Shown here one piece after another: positions 1 to 13,031 of a stretch of 64,000 nt of DNA. The number at the start of each line of letters is the position of its first letter. The first letter of the stretch is position 1. The translations under genes and the position numbers were made by a program. The stretch is taken from assembly GCA_030704615.1 (NCBI GenBank), contig CM060731.1:44330001-44394000 (forward strand), given 5' to 3'. The DNA is from Takakia lepidozioides. Taxonomy: Eukaryota; Plantae; Bryophyta. The notes beneath the pieces were generated by a model. The model saw only the letters and a program-made list of their open reading frames with translations. It made no database searches and was not told where the DNA came from.

Positions 1-3
1 GGT

Positions 4-3000
4 TTACTGTTTGGGATGAGCAAACATTTGTGAGCGAGCACCCTTCTGTCGGTGAGAGTCGCATGAAGGACTCCGTGTGTGAGCCAGAGTCCTATCACTG
101 GCGGATGGAGATGATTGAGCACTACCTGGAAATGTCTGACCCTCCTTTGGCTGATAACGAGGTAATCTCTCGGGCATAGGAGATCCTCGTCGTTTCTTCT
201 CTGCCATCTGAAGTGCATCTGAAGAAACAGTAGTATCAGAATCCTCGTCCCCCCTTAGGTGTTTTAACGGCCAAACTTTAAGTGGAATCCTATGTGGCAT
301 GCAATGCGGTCCCACCATGTCTGGAAGTTTAAACTGTATAACTTGTTGTAAGCGCTTGCAAGCAAAATTAGTGAACACCCTGAACTCCTTATCCGTATAG
401 GTGAGAGGTATGCCAATGACTTTGGAATAGTGTAAGTATTTCCAGGCTTCATGTCCCTTAAAGAGAATATCCTCAAGGCCGAATTTCTGTGTTGTCAAAT
501 TGTTCCAAGCCGAATTAAACCATGAACGAAGTTGGGAATCCTTCTGCATCATAACTTTTGCATCATATAGGTACATATGAGGTGGCACTGAAGGTAAGAC
601 CCAATGATCCCCACTGGAATAACTCAGAAATCGTGATTGCATCCTCTGCTGCTCAATGTGACAACGTGCAAGCACCATAGTATAATCCATTATTGAACAA
701 TATTGTTGCTAAGTAAGTCCCCAGAGTATTGGCTTGTCCCATGACAATACTAGATACCTCCTTGGTCTTGGTATAAATGTACCCATGTACAACCTGGAAG
801 GCAATTAATTCTTTCAGCATGGTACCTGCCTCAAACCAGTACCTCGCAAAATGATGATCCTCAATGGGTCGATTGTTCGGAAGAACCTTAGTCCGAGTTG
901 CCACCGGCAACCAAATGCGCATGATCTGATAGTAATGTGCCAACGACTGCGGAGAACTAAATTCCTTCCAAGCCAAATCCAGCACAATGGGAATTTGGTT
1001 GAAGGGCATAATCATAGTCCGACTGTACTCCCGTGCAGCAGGGGTCCTAGGTGGGTTAAAAGCAGCATCCCCCCATACCTCAGGATGTGGTGTGGTTGTA
1101 GTAACAACAGGGTCAGCTACCTGCACAGCCACTTTCTGTGGTATTGGTACCACTGGCCCTTCTATCACTGGCATCTCCAGCGAAGAAGACTGAAAAATTA
1201 GAGTCAAGTAGCCATCAGCTGCTCCTCAGGAACAAAGACTCTCTTGTCAATATTTGAACTCAGGTCATCCACTTGAGTCTGCAGGCCTTCCACATCCTCA
1301 TGTAGCTCCGCTATCCTACTATAGACATTATCTATAGTAATTGTGGAAATGTTCTGCACCTGCAATCAGAGCTCATTCATCTCGCCCTGGGTGAGCTTCC
1401 GTGGTGTTTTGCCTTCTACCGGTCCTTGTGCTAACCAGACCTGCATAAGGTGGTTATCCACCGAGTCCTGTGTGGCACCCCTGAGAGTCTGCTCCTCCGT
1501 GAGTCTGTACACATCTAACTGCTACTGTAAAGCCTCCATGTGCTTTGCATGAGGTTCAACCAGGCCCGCATAGGCAGCAGCCAGATTATTGGCTTCCTTC
1601 CAAGCCTTGTTAGCCACAGAGAGTTCATTTCTATTGACCATGACTGATTGTTGCAACTCCAGGATGTACCTCTCCTGGTCAACCTCAACCTGTCTGTATT
1701 GTTTGAAAGTATTCTCATTGCGACAGATTGTATTCTTCATATCAACAATGAGTTTTACTTGCTCTATTATCTTAGCTTCTGCCCTCATACATCTCTCCCC
1801 TTGTCTGTTAACTTCTAATGCAGTTTGCTCTAGAGTAGTTGTGAGTGTAGCACATTGTATGGTCATCTTCTCATGTACTGCCTCCAACTCTGTATGTAGT
1901 ACGTTCACTTCTTGCAACTTGCCCTCATGCTTCACCTGCAATTGGTATAACTGTTGCTTATATGTTTCATGCAACTGGTCCTGCTCGAGGCCTACTTCAA
2001 TCAAATGTCCATTGGCCAACTGCAAGGCAGCCTTTGTGTCCTCCAACTCTTGCTATAACTTGAGATTGATCTCTTCATCTACCTTGTCAGCACACTCAGT
2101 GGCAATTCGAGCCTCAAACTCTTTCCTGAGTTCCTCCCTCAAAGCTGCCAATTGGGTAGATGGAACATGGGATTTCACATAAGTACCCAACAAAATTAAG
2201 TGTCTTGCTTATAGAACTCATAAGCATGGCCTGCTGGGGGTCATCATGGTGAACTTGTTGCTGTTCTCCCTGATCGTCCACAGTGCGATGCCTCACCAAT
2301 CATTCAGGCCATTGCCCCACCAGATCCTCTTCCTGAACCACCTCATCCTTCACAGGTGCTGAAGTGTCCTTATATTCTACCCCTGGTACCTTGTCACAGG
2401 TGTGGGTATTACATGCACAGCAGGGTTTTCCCTGGACAAACGCTGCACCTCTGGAACCACTGATTCCCTTACCAAGCCAGAGTTTTCATAGAGAAGGTCA
2501 CCCTTCTCAATTTCGGCCACGACCTGCTCTGTAGTGGGAATGTCCAACCTTTCTCCGTCTAGAGCTTCCGTGAAGCCAGTGGATCTGCCACTACAGTCAT
2601 ACCCCGCTTCTGTCTCTTAGACTGGTATTGCCCTACCAGTCCACCCTCACTATGTGAAGAGCCCTGCTCTTCAATTGCAGTGGTTACTGCCTCAAACAGT
2701 CACATCTCCTTCCGTTCCCGAGTATCAAGTATGCTAGAGTCAAGAATGATTTGGGCAATGACTGGACCAGACACAATGATCGGAGACTTAGCAGCAGTGC
2801 CCTGTAACCTCTTCATCTCGTCCACCAGACCATTGTACATTAACTCCGCCCAAGCTACATCCTCTCCCCTCAAAGCTTTCAGGATCTCCTCTGTGAATGA
2901 GACCTGCTCGAATACTGTTGGTTTTGTTTCATGGCAAACAGAACGTTCAATATTTGGCCAACTTCTCTGAGCCCTGGGTACTCGGCTTTGGTACAAGCGT

Positions 3001-3330
3001 AACCTTGAGTCTTAAAGAAACTCCCTTCTTGGAACAAATTCCCTATCTGCAATCTTGCCCTGTGCTCATCCACATCCACATGACCTGATGGCAAATCAAA
3101 CAATTGCTGCAAGTACTGGGGAGTAATTTATATATCTACTCCCCTCACCTGGGTAACTCCCGTCCAAGGCTCAAAGTTATGAAGAAATTGAATCATATAC
3201 TACCGATGATGCAAATAGCAGCCCCTCCAATCGCAACTCCCTTAGCAGTTGCACTGCCTGCGGTGTAGCAATTGTTTGCTTCTGCAGAATCGTGGTGCTC
3301 TTCACCCTGATATCCTCCATTCCCCTCACT
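4..3330 (-). pseudogene. Long extra 3' ORF of Gypsy copy 1 (plant transposon protein/Transposase_32-like domain, coiled coil, unknown C-terminal part)
   Basis: Co-linear minus ORFs 2879..3112, 2700..2996, 1522..2046 (heptad-rich), 653..1207 and 4..690. EDVAWAELMYNGLVDEM resembles LQIDWAGFVCGKIHEEI in 11659..12546. Confidence 0.6.
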
Positions 3331-4124
3331 CTCTTCATTCTAGACAAACAAAAAGGCCTTGTTTGAAACAGCTGAAGGAAAGCTTGCAGGGCACAGAGCA
3401 TGAAGGTATGGTTGGCACAGAATAGAACAGGTAAGTGCGTGTAAGCCTGTGGGGCTTGCAAGTATCGAGTGAGAGAAAATATACTCTCAATTCGTCCGTC
3501 CTTGCGCCACTGCGTGAGAAGTAAAGCGAGTGTGTAATCTGTTACATCCGCCATAGCTACAAAGCTAGTGCTTTGATTGCCCCTCCCGTCGAGACACTGG
3601 CTATTCGGAGCCACCCCGACTCTTCCGCTCATAACATTTCCAATTTCTTGTTCTTGTTTCTTGGAGGGAAGCACCTGCATGTAATTCGCACTCCTGATTG
3701 GCTGTTGCCTGCTTAGGTAACTTCTTAATTCCACCCCCCTTCGTGGACATTCCCACCTGGAATGTCCAGTAGGACAACACATGTGGCATAGGTCCCTCTT
3801 TTCTATACTCGGAAAGGGTTCCGTTACCCTTACTCTGAATGCATTAATGGGCCCACAAATAGTCTTAGCTGATGCACCGGGTAGGTACTTTGACGGCCCG
3901 ATTTGTCCTCTTGCATGATGAGACCCACTTTTGCAATCGATGTAGTGTGGTGTGCTTCGCCTTAGTGGCCACGTGTCCGTTTCTAGACATGCCCCCGACT
4001 TCCCCTCTCCGCGTGGCATATTCTCCAAGTTTGACTTCCAAACTTCTTCTTCACTTGATGGCCACTTTTCTGACGTTAACCCGCGTCCACCTGTCACTGA
4101 CCTAATGGACTGTGTAACCTGCAT

Positions 4125-4310
4125 GGGCTGTGTTGGGCTGTGACAGGCTGTGTGGCACTGTGGTGGGCTGTGATAGGCTATGTGACACTGTGATGGGCTG
4201 TAATAGGCTGTGTCACGCTGCGATGGGCTGTGATAGGCTGTGATAGGCTGTGTCACGTTGTGATGGGCTGTAATAGGCTGTGTGGCACTGTGGTGGGTTG
4301 TGATAGCTAT
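4125..4310. repeat. 10-bp-periodic CTGTG minisatellite downstream of pol
   Basis: Units such as ggctgtgata/ggctgtgtca/cactgtggtg. Same CTGTG decamer type as inside the LTRs. Confidence 0.85.
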
Positions 4311-4530
4311 GCAAACACCTGTACTTCCCGCCCTGGTCATACACGCTTGGCTTAGCGACAAGTGCTCCATACTCCGTTGGTATCACTGGCGCAGCCCGTG
4401 ACTGTTTTTGCGTTTCAACATGCAAATCGTGCTGCAATGGTTTGTCATGGATACCATTGTACCCCTTCAACTTATTAATGGTTTGTAACATGGCGGTGTT
4501 ATTATCATACATCTTCTGTATGACATAAGG

Positions 4531-7500
4531 TCATTTCCATGGTAATTTAAGCTTAGAAGCTTTAATCTTCCCCTTTTTCTGCAACCACAGTACCAAATTT
4601 CCCGACTTAAAAGTCTTTAATTTACCTTCATCAAAGTGATCCTTCATCTTCATCTGAATTCTGGTCATGTTATCAGCTGCATCAGCACGTACTTCTTCCA
4701 CATGGTATAATTCATGTTTCCTGACCTTAATTGAATCTTCCAATTCCATTCTTTTTCCCCATTCAGTTCTCATGGTAGGTAACAAGAATTCCACTGGAAG
4801 TAAAGCTTCCATACCATAAACTAATTGGAATGGTGTATTACTTAGTGGTGACTTTATATGAAGTCCTGTATGACCACAAAGCTGTCAGCAGCTTTGTATC
4901 CCAATCTGTTCTGTTTGCATTGACTATCTTAGCCAAGATAGTACATAGTATTTTGTTGGTAGCCTCTGCCTGCCCATTGCCTTGTGGGTAATATGTTGTA
5001 CTCTTCCTATGCACAATCATGAACTCTTAAGTCAATAGTTCAATGGTCTCATTAATGAAGTGACTTCCCTGGTCACTGATAAATTCCAGGGGACAGCCAA
5101 TCGTGTAAGTATGTTCTCATACAGGAACCTTACTGTGGACTTAGCTGTGTTGTCCCTCAGAGCTTTAGCTTCCACCCACTTTGTAGTATAATCAGTGGCT
5201 GTGATTATATATTTGTTCTGTGTATTCTTGGCTGGTGGGTTAATTGGTCAACAAAGTCTAGTCCCCATTTCTGAAATGGTTCAGTAGGCATCGTAGGATG
5301 CAAAGCCATCTTCCCAGATCTCTGCAATGGTCCTAGCCTTTGACACTCATCACAACTCTGACAATACTTGTGTACATCCTTGAACAAAGTAGGCCACCAG
5401 TACCTGCAAGTAGTATCTTTCTACTGGTAGTCTCTTCTCCAAAATGACCTCCAACCACTCCTTTATGAACTTCTTCCAAAACTTTATTTACTTCATGGTG
5501 GTACAAGCATCGTTTAAGTACTCCATCAGGTCCTCCTTATACATTCTGCCCCTACCATAGTATAAGGTAAAGCCTTGATAGCGATTCTCTTCCTCTGCTC
5601 CTTACCATAATTAGGTGGGCACTGACCATGAGTAAGGTAGTATCTGATTGGCCACTGCCAATCTAACCAGTCATCTGCACTTCCCTGCACCTCCACCGCA
5701 AATAAACTCGCATCAGGTAATTGGTCGTCTACTCCTGTGGCGGGCTCTCCTGTTGATAGGCGTGACAAGTGATCTGCCACAAGATGCAAACGGCCAGGCT
5801 TGTAAACAACTTCGAACTCAAACTCGTGCAAGATTATTAACCACCTTGCTATCTTTCCACTTATCAAAGGTTTGTTCACCAGATATATCAGAGCCTGGTG
5901 ATCCATATAAAACATAAACTTCCTTCCCAATAGGTAATGCCTGAATTTCTTGACTGCATAAATCATTGTCAGTGCTTCTCTTTCAGTTGTGCTATAGTTC
6001 CTTTCAGCACTGTTCATCAACCTGCTAGCATAGTACACAGGTGAATCTATATTTCCTGTAACATTTGGGCTAACACTGCTCCCAACGCTTCTCTGAGGCA
6101 TCACAGTGAACATGAAATACTACTTGTCAGTGAGGGTTAATCAGCACAGTGTAGTTGTTACTGACAATGTAAGTTCCTCAAAAGCCTGTTGACATTCAGC
6201 TGTTCATGCAAACACTGCATCTTTCTTCAGAAGCTTGCTCAATGGTGTTGTTATCTATGCATAACGTCTGACAAATCTTCTGTAATAACTGGTTTGTCCA
6301 AGGAATCTCCTTAGATTCTTAACATTTACTGGTGGTGGAGAGGCTTTAATGGCCTCTGTCTTTCGGGATCCATAAGAAGTCCCCTCTTACACACAATGTG
6401 TCCAAAAGCACCCTGAGTTCACACAGAAAGTACACTTCTCTGGATTCAGGCCCAGACCTCTCATCATGCATCTGGCCAAACATAACTCCAATTTATGCAA
6501 GTGCTCATTCTTAGAGCTGTACACACTGAAATCATCCAAGAATGAACCTGCATGAAATCATCCAGATACTCATGAAAAGATTCACTTATCACTCTCTGAA
6601 AGGTTGCTGGTGCATTACAAAATCCAAAAGGCATGACTTTGTATGCATAAGCACCCCAGTCTGTGATGAAAGCTGTCTTTCCTTGGTCTTCTTCTGCCAC
6701 TTGCACTTGATTATAACCACTGAAGCCATCCATGAATGAGTACACCTCATGGCCTGCCACAGTGTCCAATACCGCTTCTGTGAATGACAAAGGGAAAGGA
6801 TCTTTCTTCGTACAAGCATTCAACTTCTTATAGTTCACACAAACTCTCAGTTTACCATTCTTCTTGGGAACTATCACAATGGGTGACAACCAAGTTGTAT
6901 ACTCTATTGGGTATATAAACTTAGCCTCAGCCAACTTCTTGATCTCTTCTCCAACCTTCTGTGCATAGTTGGGATTCATTCTGTACCTTGCCTGTTTGAT
7001 TGGTATTGACCCTGGTTCCAGTTCAATCTTATGCTGGCAGATCTCAGGTGGTATCCCTTTCAGATCCTCGTAGCTCCAAGCAAATACATCTTTGTATTTG
7101 ATGAACAGACTTTTAGCTTCCTCAAAGAGTTCTGGCTCCAAATCAGCCCCTATCTTCACCATCCTCGGTTCCCCTTCAGTTCCCACATTCACTTCTCTCA
7201 CCTGCTTATCAACTGTGATTGTCCATCCAGTCACCACTTCATCCTGTAAACTCATTGTGGCTTGTTCCTCTAGGATTTCCATTTCTCCCTCTCTTTCTTC
7301 ATAGAAATGTGGTGGGGTAACTGCTGGTTTCACCTTCAAGTGGTGTTGCTATCACTACACCACAGCAGATTACCTTGTAAAAACTTAGCCCGGTCGACCC
7401 AACAATAAGGAGTAAGCTTCCATGACGTCATCCATTTTCAACACAGTTACTGTGATCATAAAGATCATCTTTTGAATCTGTATCTAAACTCCTCTTATCC

Positions 7501-7824
7501 CGATGGTTGTACACTTCTTTGATCTGCCATTGTTAGTGTAAATGGGGCTGGTTTCATGTTACTTAGACCAAGCTTCTGCCTTAATTGGTCTGTCATGATA
7601 TTCACACCAGAGCCTCCATCTATCAGTACATCAGTTAGTTCTGTGCTTCCAATTCTCAATTGGATTACTGGCATAGAATCATCAAAGTCCATGACTGTTT
7701 CTCGCCCTTCCGGCTTCACATTATAACTGGTCACCTTGCTGTTCAGGTCTGTGTTCCCTGTCACATGGGCAATTCGATTGATTGCTTGATACAGCCTGTG
7801 TCTACAATAAGGTGCCACAGCCAA
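4531..7824 (-). pseudogene. pol: Pol: aspartic protease, reverse transcriptase, RNase H, integrase (frameshifted)
   Basis: VLIDGGSGVNIM (PR); WLSPIVIVPKKNGKLRVC, MDGFSGYNQ, MPFG (RT); YSTTEREAL..DHQAL (RH); CDECQR, WGLDFV, YYPQGNGQAE (IN). Confidence 0.95.
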
Positions 7825-8089
7825 TAGCTGTCCAATGGTAATCTCCGCTTGAATGGCATATTACTTCAGCAAAAGTCCCTTCATTACTCTGCATTTCTGC
7901 AGCTTCTTCCCTTTCATCCTCACTCACTTCCTCTTCTCTTTCAGAATCAGAGGAATCTGCCATAGGAATATCAGTACTCTTCTACATTTCCCTTATGGTA
8001 TCTGCCACTTCCTTGTGCAGTTCCTTCTCATCTCTCAAGCCTCATCATCTTCAGGCATATCACTGCCATCTTCATTATCATCACCTTCC

Positions 8090-10174
8090 TCATCTACTGG
8101 AGGTATTATTTGGCTTGCTTCTGGTTACTATCATTGTACTTACTTCTGGTACAACACATGGCCTAACCATGTGAGCTGCCACCACTGGGCCCTCATTCAC
8201 AGGAGCTCTCATCTCATTCTGGTGTCTGATCCAGAATGGACAGGCTGCCTTGCGATGTCCTGCCTGATTACAATAGTAACACAGTTCTTCCCCATTAGGT
8301 CCTCGCCCTTGGTCTGTTCTGGGATTTTTTTTAATCCTGATTCCCTGGCTGGTAATTCCCCTTGGATTACCCTGATAGTTGCCTCTGGAATTTCCTTGGT
8401 AATTCCCTCTTGGATTACCTCTCCCTTCCATGCCATTGTTTATACCACCAGGCCTACCATAGCGGTCCCGATCACTGTTTCTTCTTGGCTGGGGCTGCAC
8501 TTGATGCACCCTTACTTGCCTAGGTTCCCTTGCCGCTGTCCTTCTGTTGTAGTAACAATTCTCAGTAGAATGGTTATTCATTTTACAGATAGTACAATGT
8601 TTCTCCTTCATGTGGCATTTAGTGGTGGTATGGCCTTCATTCTGGCATTTTGCACACCAAACATCCTTCCTCCAATGTGTTGCAACCTCTGTGGCATACT
8701 TCTTCAGGATTTCTTCTAATCTTTTCTCATAGTTATCCCTCTTCAACTTTTCCTTCCTCTTACTCTTCATTTTCAGCTCTTGCTCTTCTTCCTCATCTGA
8801 CTCATCCTCAGAGTCCTCATCATCCCTTTTCTCTCTCCTGAGCATTCCCAATTGCTCAATTATGTTCGCTGTTTCAAATGCCTCCTCCACTGTATTATGG
8901 GGTAACATATCCACTTTCTTTTGCAACTCTGGTCTTAGTCCACTCACAAACCAAGTCTTCTGTAAACCTGGTGCTGGTACAGCAGCCAGCTTTTTCATCA
9001 TCAATTCCATCTTTTCCATATACTCCTCAACAGTTTCTTGCTTCTTTTGCTTTAACTGTTGTAAACTTCCATACACTTCATCCTCAGTTTTACTTGTCCT
9101 GAACCTATTTCGGAATGTTGTATTCAAGCCATTCCAGGTTAGGAAATGATTATCAGGGAATCTTGCATATCATTCACTTGCTTTCTTTATAAGTGAACAA
9201 GGAAACAGTCTCATCTTGGCATCATCGCCATTCTCATTGTTCACAATACACATGTGCTCAAATTGGCTAATGTGTACATCAGGATCCCCTTTTCCTGAAT
9301 ATATTGGAAAAGGTGGTTTTGCCCGTGTTGGTTGTAACGCCATCTGTGGCCCTACCTCCTGCCCACTTACAGGTGCTGGCCCCCTTGCTGGTGCTGGTCC
9401 TTGAGGACTTGTTGTAGTTGTGGTGGAACTTCCACCAAGTGTTGGCCCCAGAGCACTCCCTGCTACTAGCCCCACTATATTCATAGTATTCCTAGCTCCA
9501 CTTGCACTATTTCCCACACTCCCTGTCCCCCCAGAGCCAGATCCAGGCTGCCCGCCTGATCCCCCTGAGCCGATACCTTCGTTGGCCTGTGATCCAAGTG
9601 CTCCACTTGATCCAGGTCCAACGGGTTGGGATGTCCTGGTTGTAGTCTCAACCTCAGCTGTTGGGTCTACTTCTTCATACTCTTCCTCTTCCAATTTCTT
9701 CTCTCTGTTTTCATCCTCCAAGTTTTGCCCTTGGGTTTCTTCTTCATTCATGTAACTCAACTGCAATGGTGTTGGAGAGTCTGAACTCTCCATTGGCTCT
9801 GCCACATCCTCTCCTCCCTCTTCGTCTTCCGTCTCAGAAACTGGAGTTCCTGCTTTTGGTGTTCCATGCCAACTCTTATCAAAGATTTCTGTCAAATCTT
9901 TTATCCAGGGATGTACCTCAGATCTTTCACCTCGTGGTTGATCTTCTTCCTGTACCAATTCCCTTAATCTTTCTTGCAAAGAAAAAGAAAGAGTGGCATC
10001 CAACTCTAGTTCTTCCGGTATGGGTGATGTACTCTCTGATCTTAATGGTGTGAGAGGTCCAGATGATTCCCCTATGTCTATTCCTCTCTCCCAAAGATAT
10101 GGATAATTAGCTTTCAGATAACTTTCTCTTTTTGATGAATATCTCTGGAGTCTAGCTTCTCTTTCATCACTCAT
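8090..10174 (-). pseudogene. gag: Gag (acidic/low-complexity N-terminus, retrotransposon gag domain, CCHC knuckles)
   Basis: YSGKGDPDVHISQF..LFPCSL; LKQKKQETVEEY..FVSGL; knuckles CAKCQNEGHTTTKC, CTICKMNNHSTENC, CYYCNQAGHRKAAC. In-frame stop near 9170. Confidence 0.92.
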
Positions 10175-10194
10175 GTCTCATGTCTTTCATTTCT

Positions 10195-10890
10195 TTAATG
10201 TGGCAATAACCAGAACTCTCTTCTATAGTATCTCTCGTATATGCCTGGGTTTCTTTCAAGCTTCAATGCACCCTTGGCTATATTAGAAGTCTCCGTTACC
10301 ATATAACCATATGGCAAACAAGTGTGGAAAGCTGTTCTTGGTGTGAGTTTGATCCACAGAATATCCTTTGGAATCCAATTTTTCACCAGAACAAGCTCTT
10401 CATGCATATGAGTATAAACATTCACCTTCCTTTCCTCCCAGCCTTCAAACTATACTCGCTTAATGGATAGCAATGCTATCACATAAACCAGTGTTGGTAA
10501 CTAACGTGCTCTTCCTCTACAGGCCACCTGATAAATCTTTATCACTCCTTTCTCCAGACCCCACTCAGGGTCAGCATCATGCACTTTCTTAAGAATGTTT
10601 TCTTTACAACCGTCAGGCAATTCCAAGAACCTCTTAAAGAATTGTTTGGACAATCTTTCCTTCTCAGTTTCACAGGGAATTTGATTCACATCAAATTCTT
10701 TGATTCTCCAACCACCATGATTCCACCAGATGCATGTCACATCTGGTTGTTCATGACTTAGTTCCCCAGTATGGTCGCCAAATGTCGAGCGGCTTTTACT
10801 CACCCATCCCTTCGCTATCCGAGGTGGAAACTCCAAGATAGAAGAGTTGGATATCTCTAAGCACTCAGCCTGGTCAGAACAATCAGTCAT
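10195..10890 (-). pseudogene. Extra 5' ORF (ORF0, about 230 aa) upstream of gag, unknown function
   Basis: ORFs 10501..10890 and 10195..10425 are one frame broken by stops. Homologous reading frame at 27577-28270. Confidence 0.6.
10763..10780 (-). promoter_or_regulatory. Primer-binding site, tRNA-Arg-like (TGGCGACCATACTGGGGA)
   Basis: Lies 2 nt inside the LTR end and begins TGG (complement of tRNA CCA). Identical copy at 27686-27703. The tRNA identity is from recall of plant tRNA-Arg 3' ends. Confidence 0.85.
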
Positions 10891-11683
10891 GACGTGCAGC
10901 TAGTGAATCATGGTTGTGCTTCCTATTTGTATTCCTTCCTGACTTCATGTTATCAATTTACCTTACCGTGTATACTGAAGCATCAGATTGCTTCAGTATC
11001 TATTAAGTTCCAGTTAATCATGCATTCATTCCACAGCTTCTCTCGTGTCTCTCTACACAATATGTTTGTATCGATTCAGTATTGGATTAAGATTAATCAT
11101 GTATCATGCCTATGCCATGGTGTCTCTATTCTATCCTACTGTATAATTCTACAACTTGCATGAACTAAGCCTCATTCAAGTCATCATCTCCTCTTCACTG
11201 TTTTCCGCTCTCCATTACGTATCTTCCTTTCTTCCACAAGTCGCCCTCTTCCAGAAGTGATCCCCTTCCCGTTGCCGCTCTCCTAATCTACCCGCAAGCT
11301 ATTCTAACCACCTAACTAACTAATCGTCACCCCTGAAGTAACACGTTCCCTCTGCAGATGTCGTTCTCTCATAGTCGTTCCCTGTCAATGATAACTGTTC
11401 CCCATATACTGTGACAGACTGTGTCAAGCTGTGTCGAGCTGTGACTGGCTGTGTAAAGCTGTGTCGGGCTGTGACTGGCTGTGCGAAACTGTGGTGGGTT
11501 GTGTTGGGTTGTGTGAAGCTGTGTCGGGCTGTGACTGACTGTGCGAAGCTGTGGCGGGCTGTGTAACCCCCTAAAGCCTGCTGCTGCCATCCCTAAGGCT
11601 CTTGTTGGTCTCAGTCTACGCAAAAATTAAGGGTACCCCACAGAACCCGTAAAAGCGTCTAAGTCCCAAGCAGCCCTCTAACA
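10783..11683 (-). repeat. 5' LTR of Gypsy copy 1 (901 bp)
   Basis: Minus strand starts TGTTAGAGGG and ends GCTCGACA. Near-identical to 22491-23432 and homologous to 26796-27683. Followed directly by the PBS. Confidence 0.95.
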
Positions 11684-12690
11684 AGTTCCTTCATATCTGC
11701 TTCTATTCTCTTCTTCGCATCATCCCACGCAGGCTGCAACTGTTGATTCCGCGATAAGGTGGCAGTATGCACAGCCCTCAAATCGGCCAATTCTTTCTGC
11801 ACATCCTCGTGATCCAGGGCTTCTGCTGCTACCAATTGCAATCCCTCAACCAAGTCATGGAGCTTTGTCGTAAAAGACGATTGACTGCCTACATTTTTGC
11901 CTCCCGCCTCTATCAATGCAACAGTGGTAGTATCAGTCACCAATATTGAGGCCCTTTCATTCGCCCTGCTCGACTCCGGTCTGTCAATAATCTCCGTAAC
12001 ATTCGTATTGACAGGAGGTGACACCTTCAATCGATGCTGCAAAATCATAGACAAATAAGTTGCACAAAACAAAGTATCGGTTTTACCAGCCTTCCTCTTT
12101 GCTACTATCTCCTCATGGATCTTTCCACACACAAATCCTGCCCAATCAATTTGCAGACCCATGAATGTCGCCACCACTGCATTGAGTTGCGATGACGCGA
12201 CATACGTAGCAGCCTTCTTCAGGGCTAACCGGCTCATTGCAAATTTCATCCACTCCATTATTTCAGGATTCGCTGCTTTAGCAACTGCCCAACCCCCCGT
12301 TCGATTGAAAGCACCCTCCTTAAAATGGTTTGCAGGAACAAAAGATTCATCTTTAAATCCATCAACTTCAATCCCTGCTGAGGGTAAAAGCAAGACCTCT
12401 GTTACAGTGCGGGCATCAACAACGATAGGCGAGCCCTTCACTATTCCACTCTTTGAGCTAGGATCATAAGAATTGTAAAACTGCATCACTAATGACATGC
12501 TAGGCTTCGGCAGACCCTTCAAACAAAGAATCAAAAATTCCATCATCTGCGTCTATCTCCACAACGCTTTCTGCTCTCGTTCACCCAAAATCATAGAAAT
12601 GTCACAACTCCTTAATTCTTCTGCCATCATAGAAACCGGCGGTGGCAATGGTTGCTGCATAGCTTTCTTCACCATCGTGACGGATTGACT
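11684..12690 (-). pseudogene. Extra 3' ORF (Transposase_32-like plant transposon protein plus coiled coil), truncated by LTR insertion
   Basis: LVMQFYNSY..VKG..VD..TVTEVLLLP..IDWAGFV pattern typical of Athila/Tat-type accessory ORFs. Confidence 0.65.
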
Positions 12691-13031
12691 TGGAATACTG
12701 ATTTGCTCCCCAACACTCACTACACTCAATACTCGCTATCGCTCAGTACTCTCACTTCTCACTGTGACTTTGCGAATTGCAAGAACACTGGCAAAGAACA
12801 AGAAGGATAACCAGAAGAATGGCAAGAAGAGCCCCACTCCTATCTATTGCTCAGGGTAACCTGTCTTAACAGCTGGCAAATACGGAGTCAATCATTAAAA
12901 CCTAACCGCCACCCCAACATTGTAACAGATTGTACGGCCAACGGCGTAAATGTACTCATAATGAGAATGCTGACAGATACATACATATTGACACCCCCTC
13001 CTACTTAACCTAAATTCTGCCCCAAGAAACA

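Larger units (their letters stand above)
1..11683 (-). mobile_element. Ty3/Gypsy LTR retrotransposon copy 1 (non-chromovirus, Tat/Phygy-like), decayed; 3' end lies beyond the window start
   Basis: On the minus strand: LTR (TG..CA), PBS, gag, protease, RT, RNase H, integrase in Gypsy order, then extra ORFs. Multiple stops and frameshifts. Confidence 0.93.

Noticed and set aside
7853-8719. Plus-strand ORFs such as 7853..8719, 1589..2182, 32967..33785 and 55150..55836
   Set aside because: Antisense shadows of minus-strand coding regions, with no motifs of their own.
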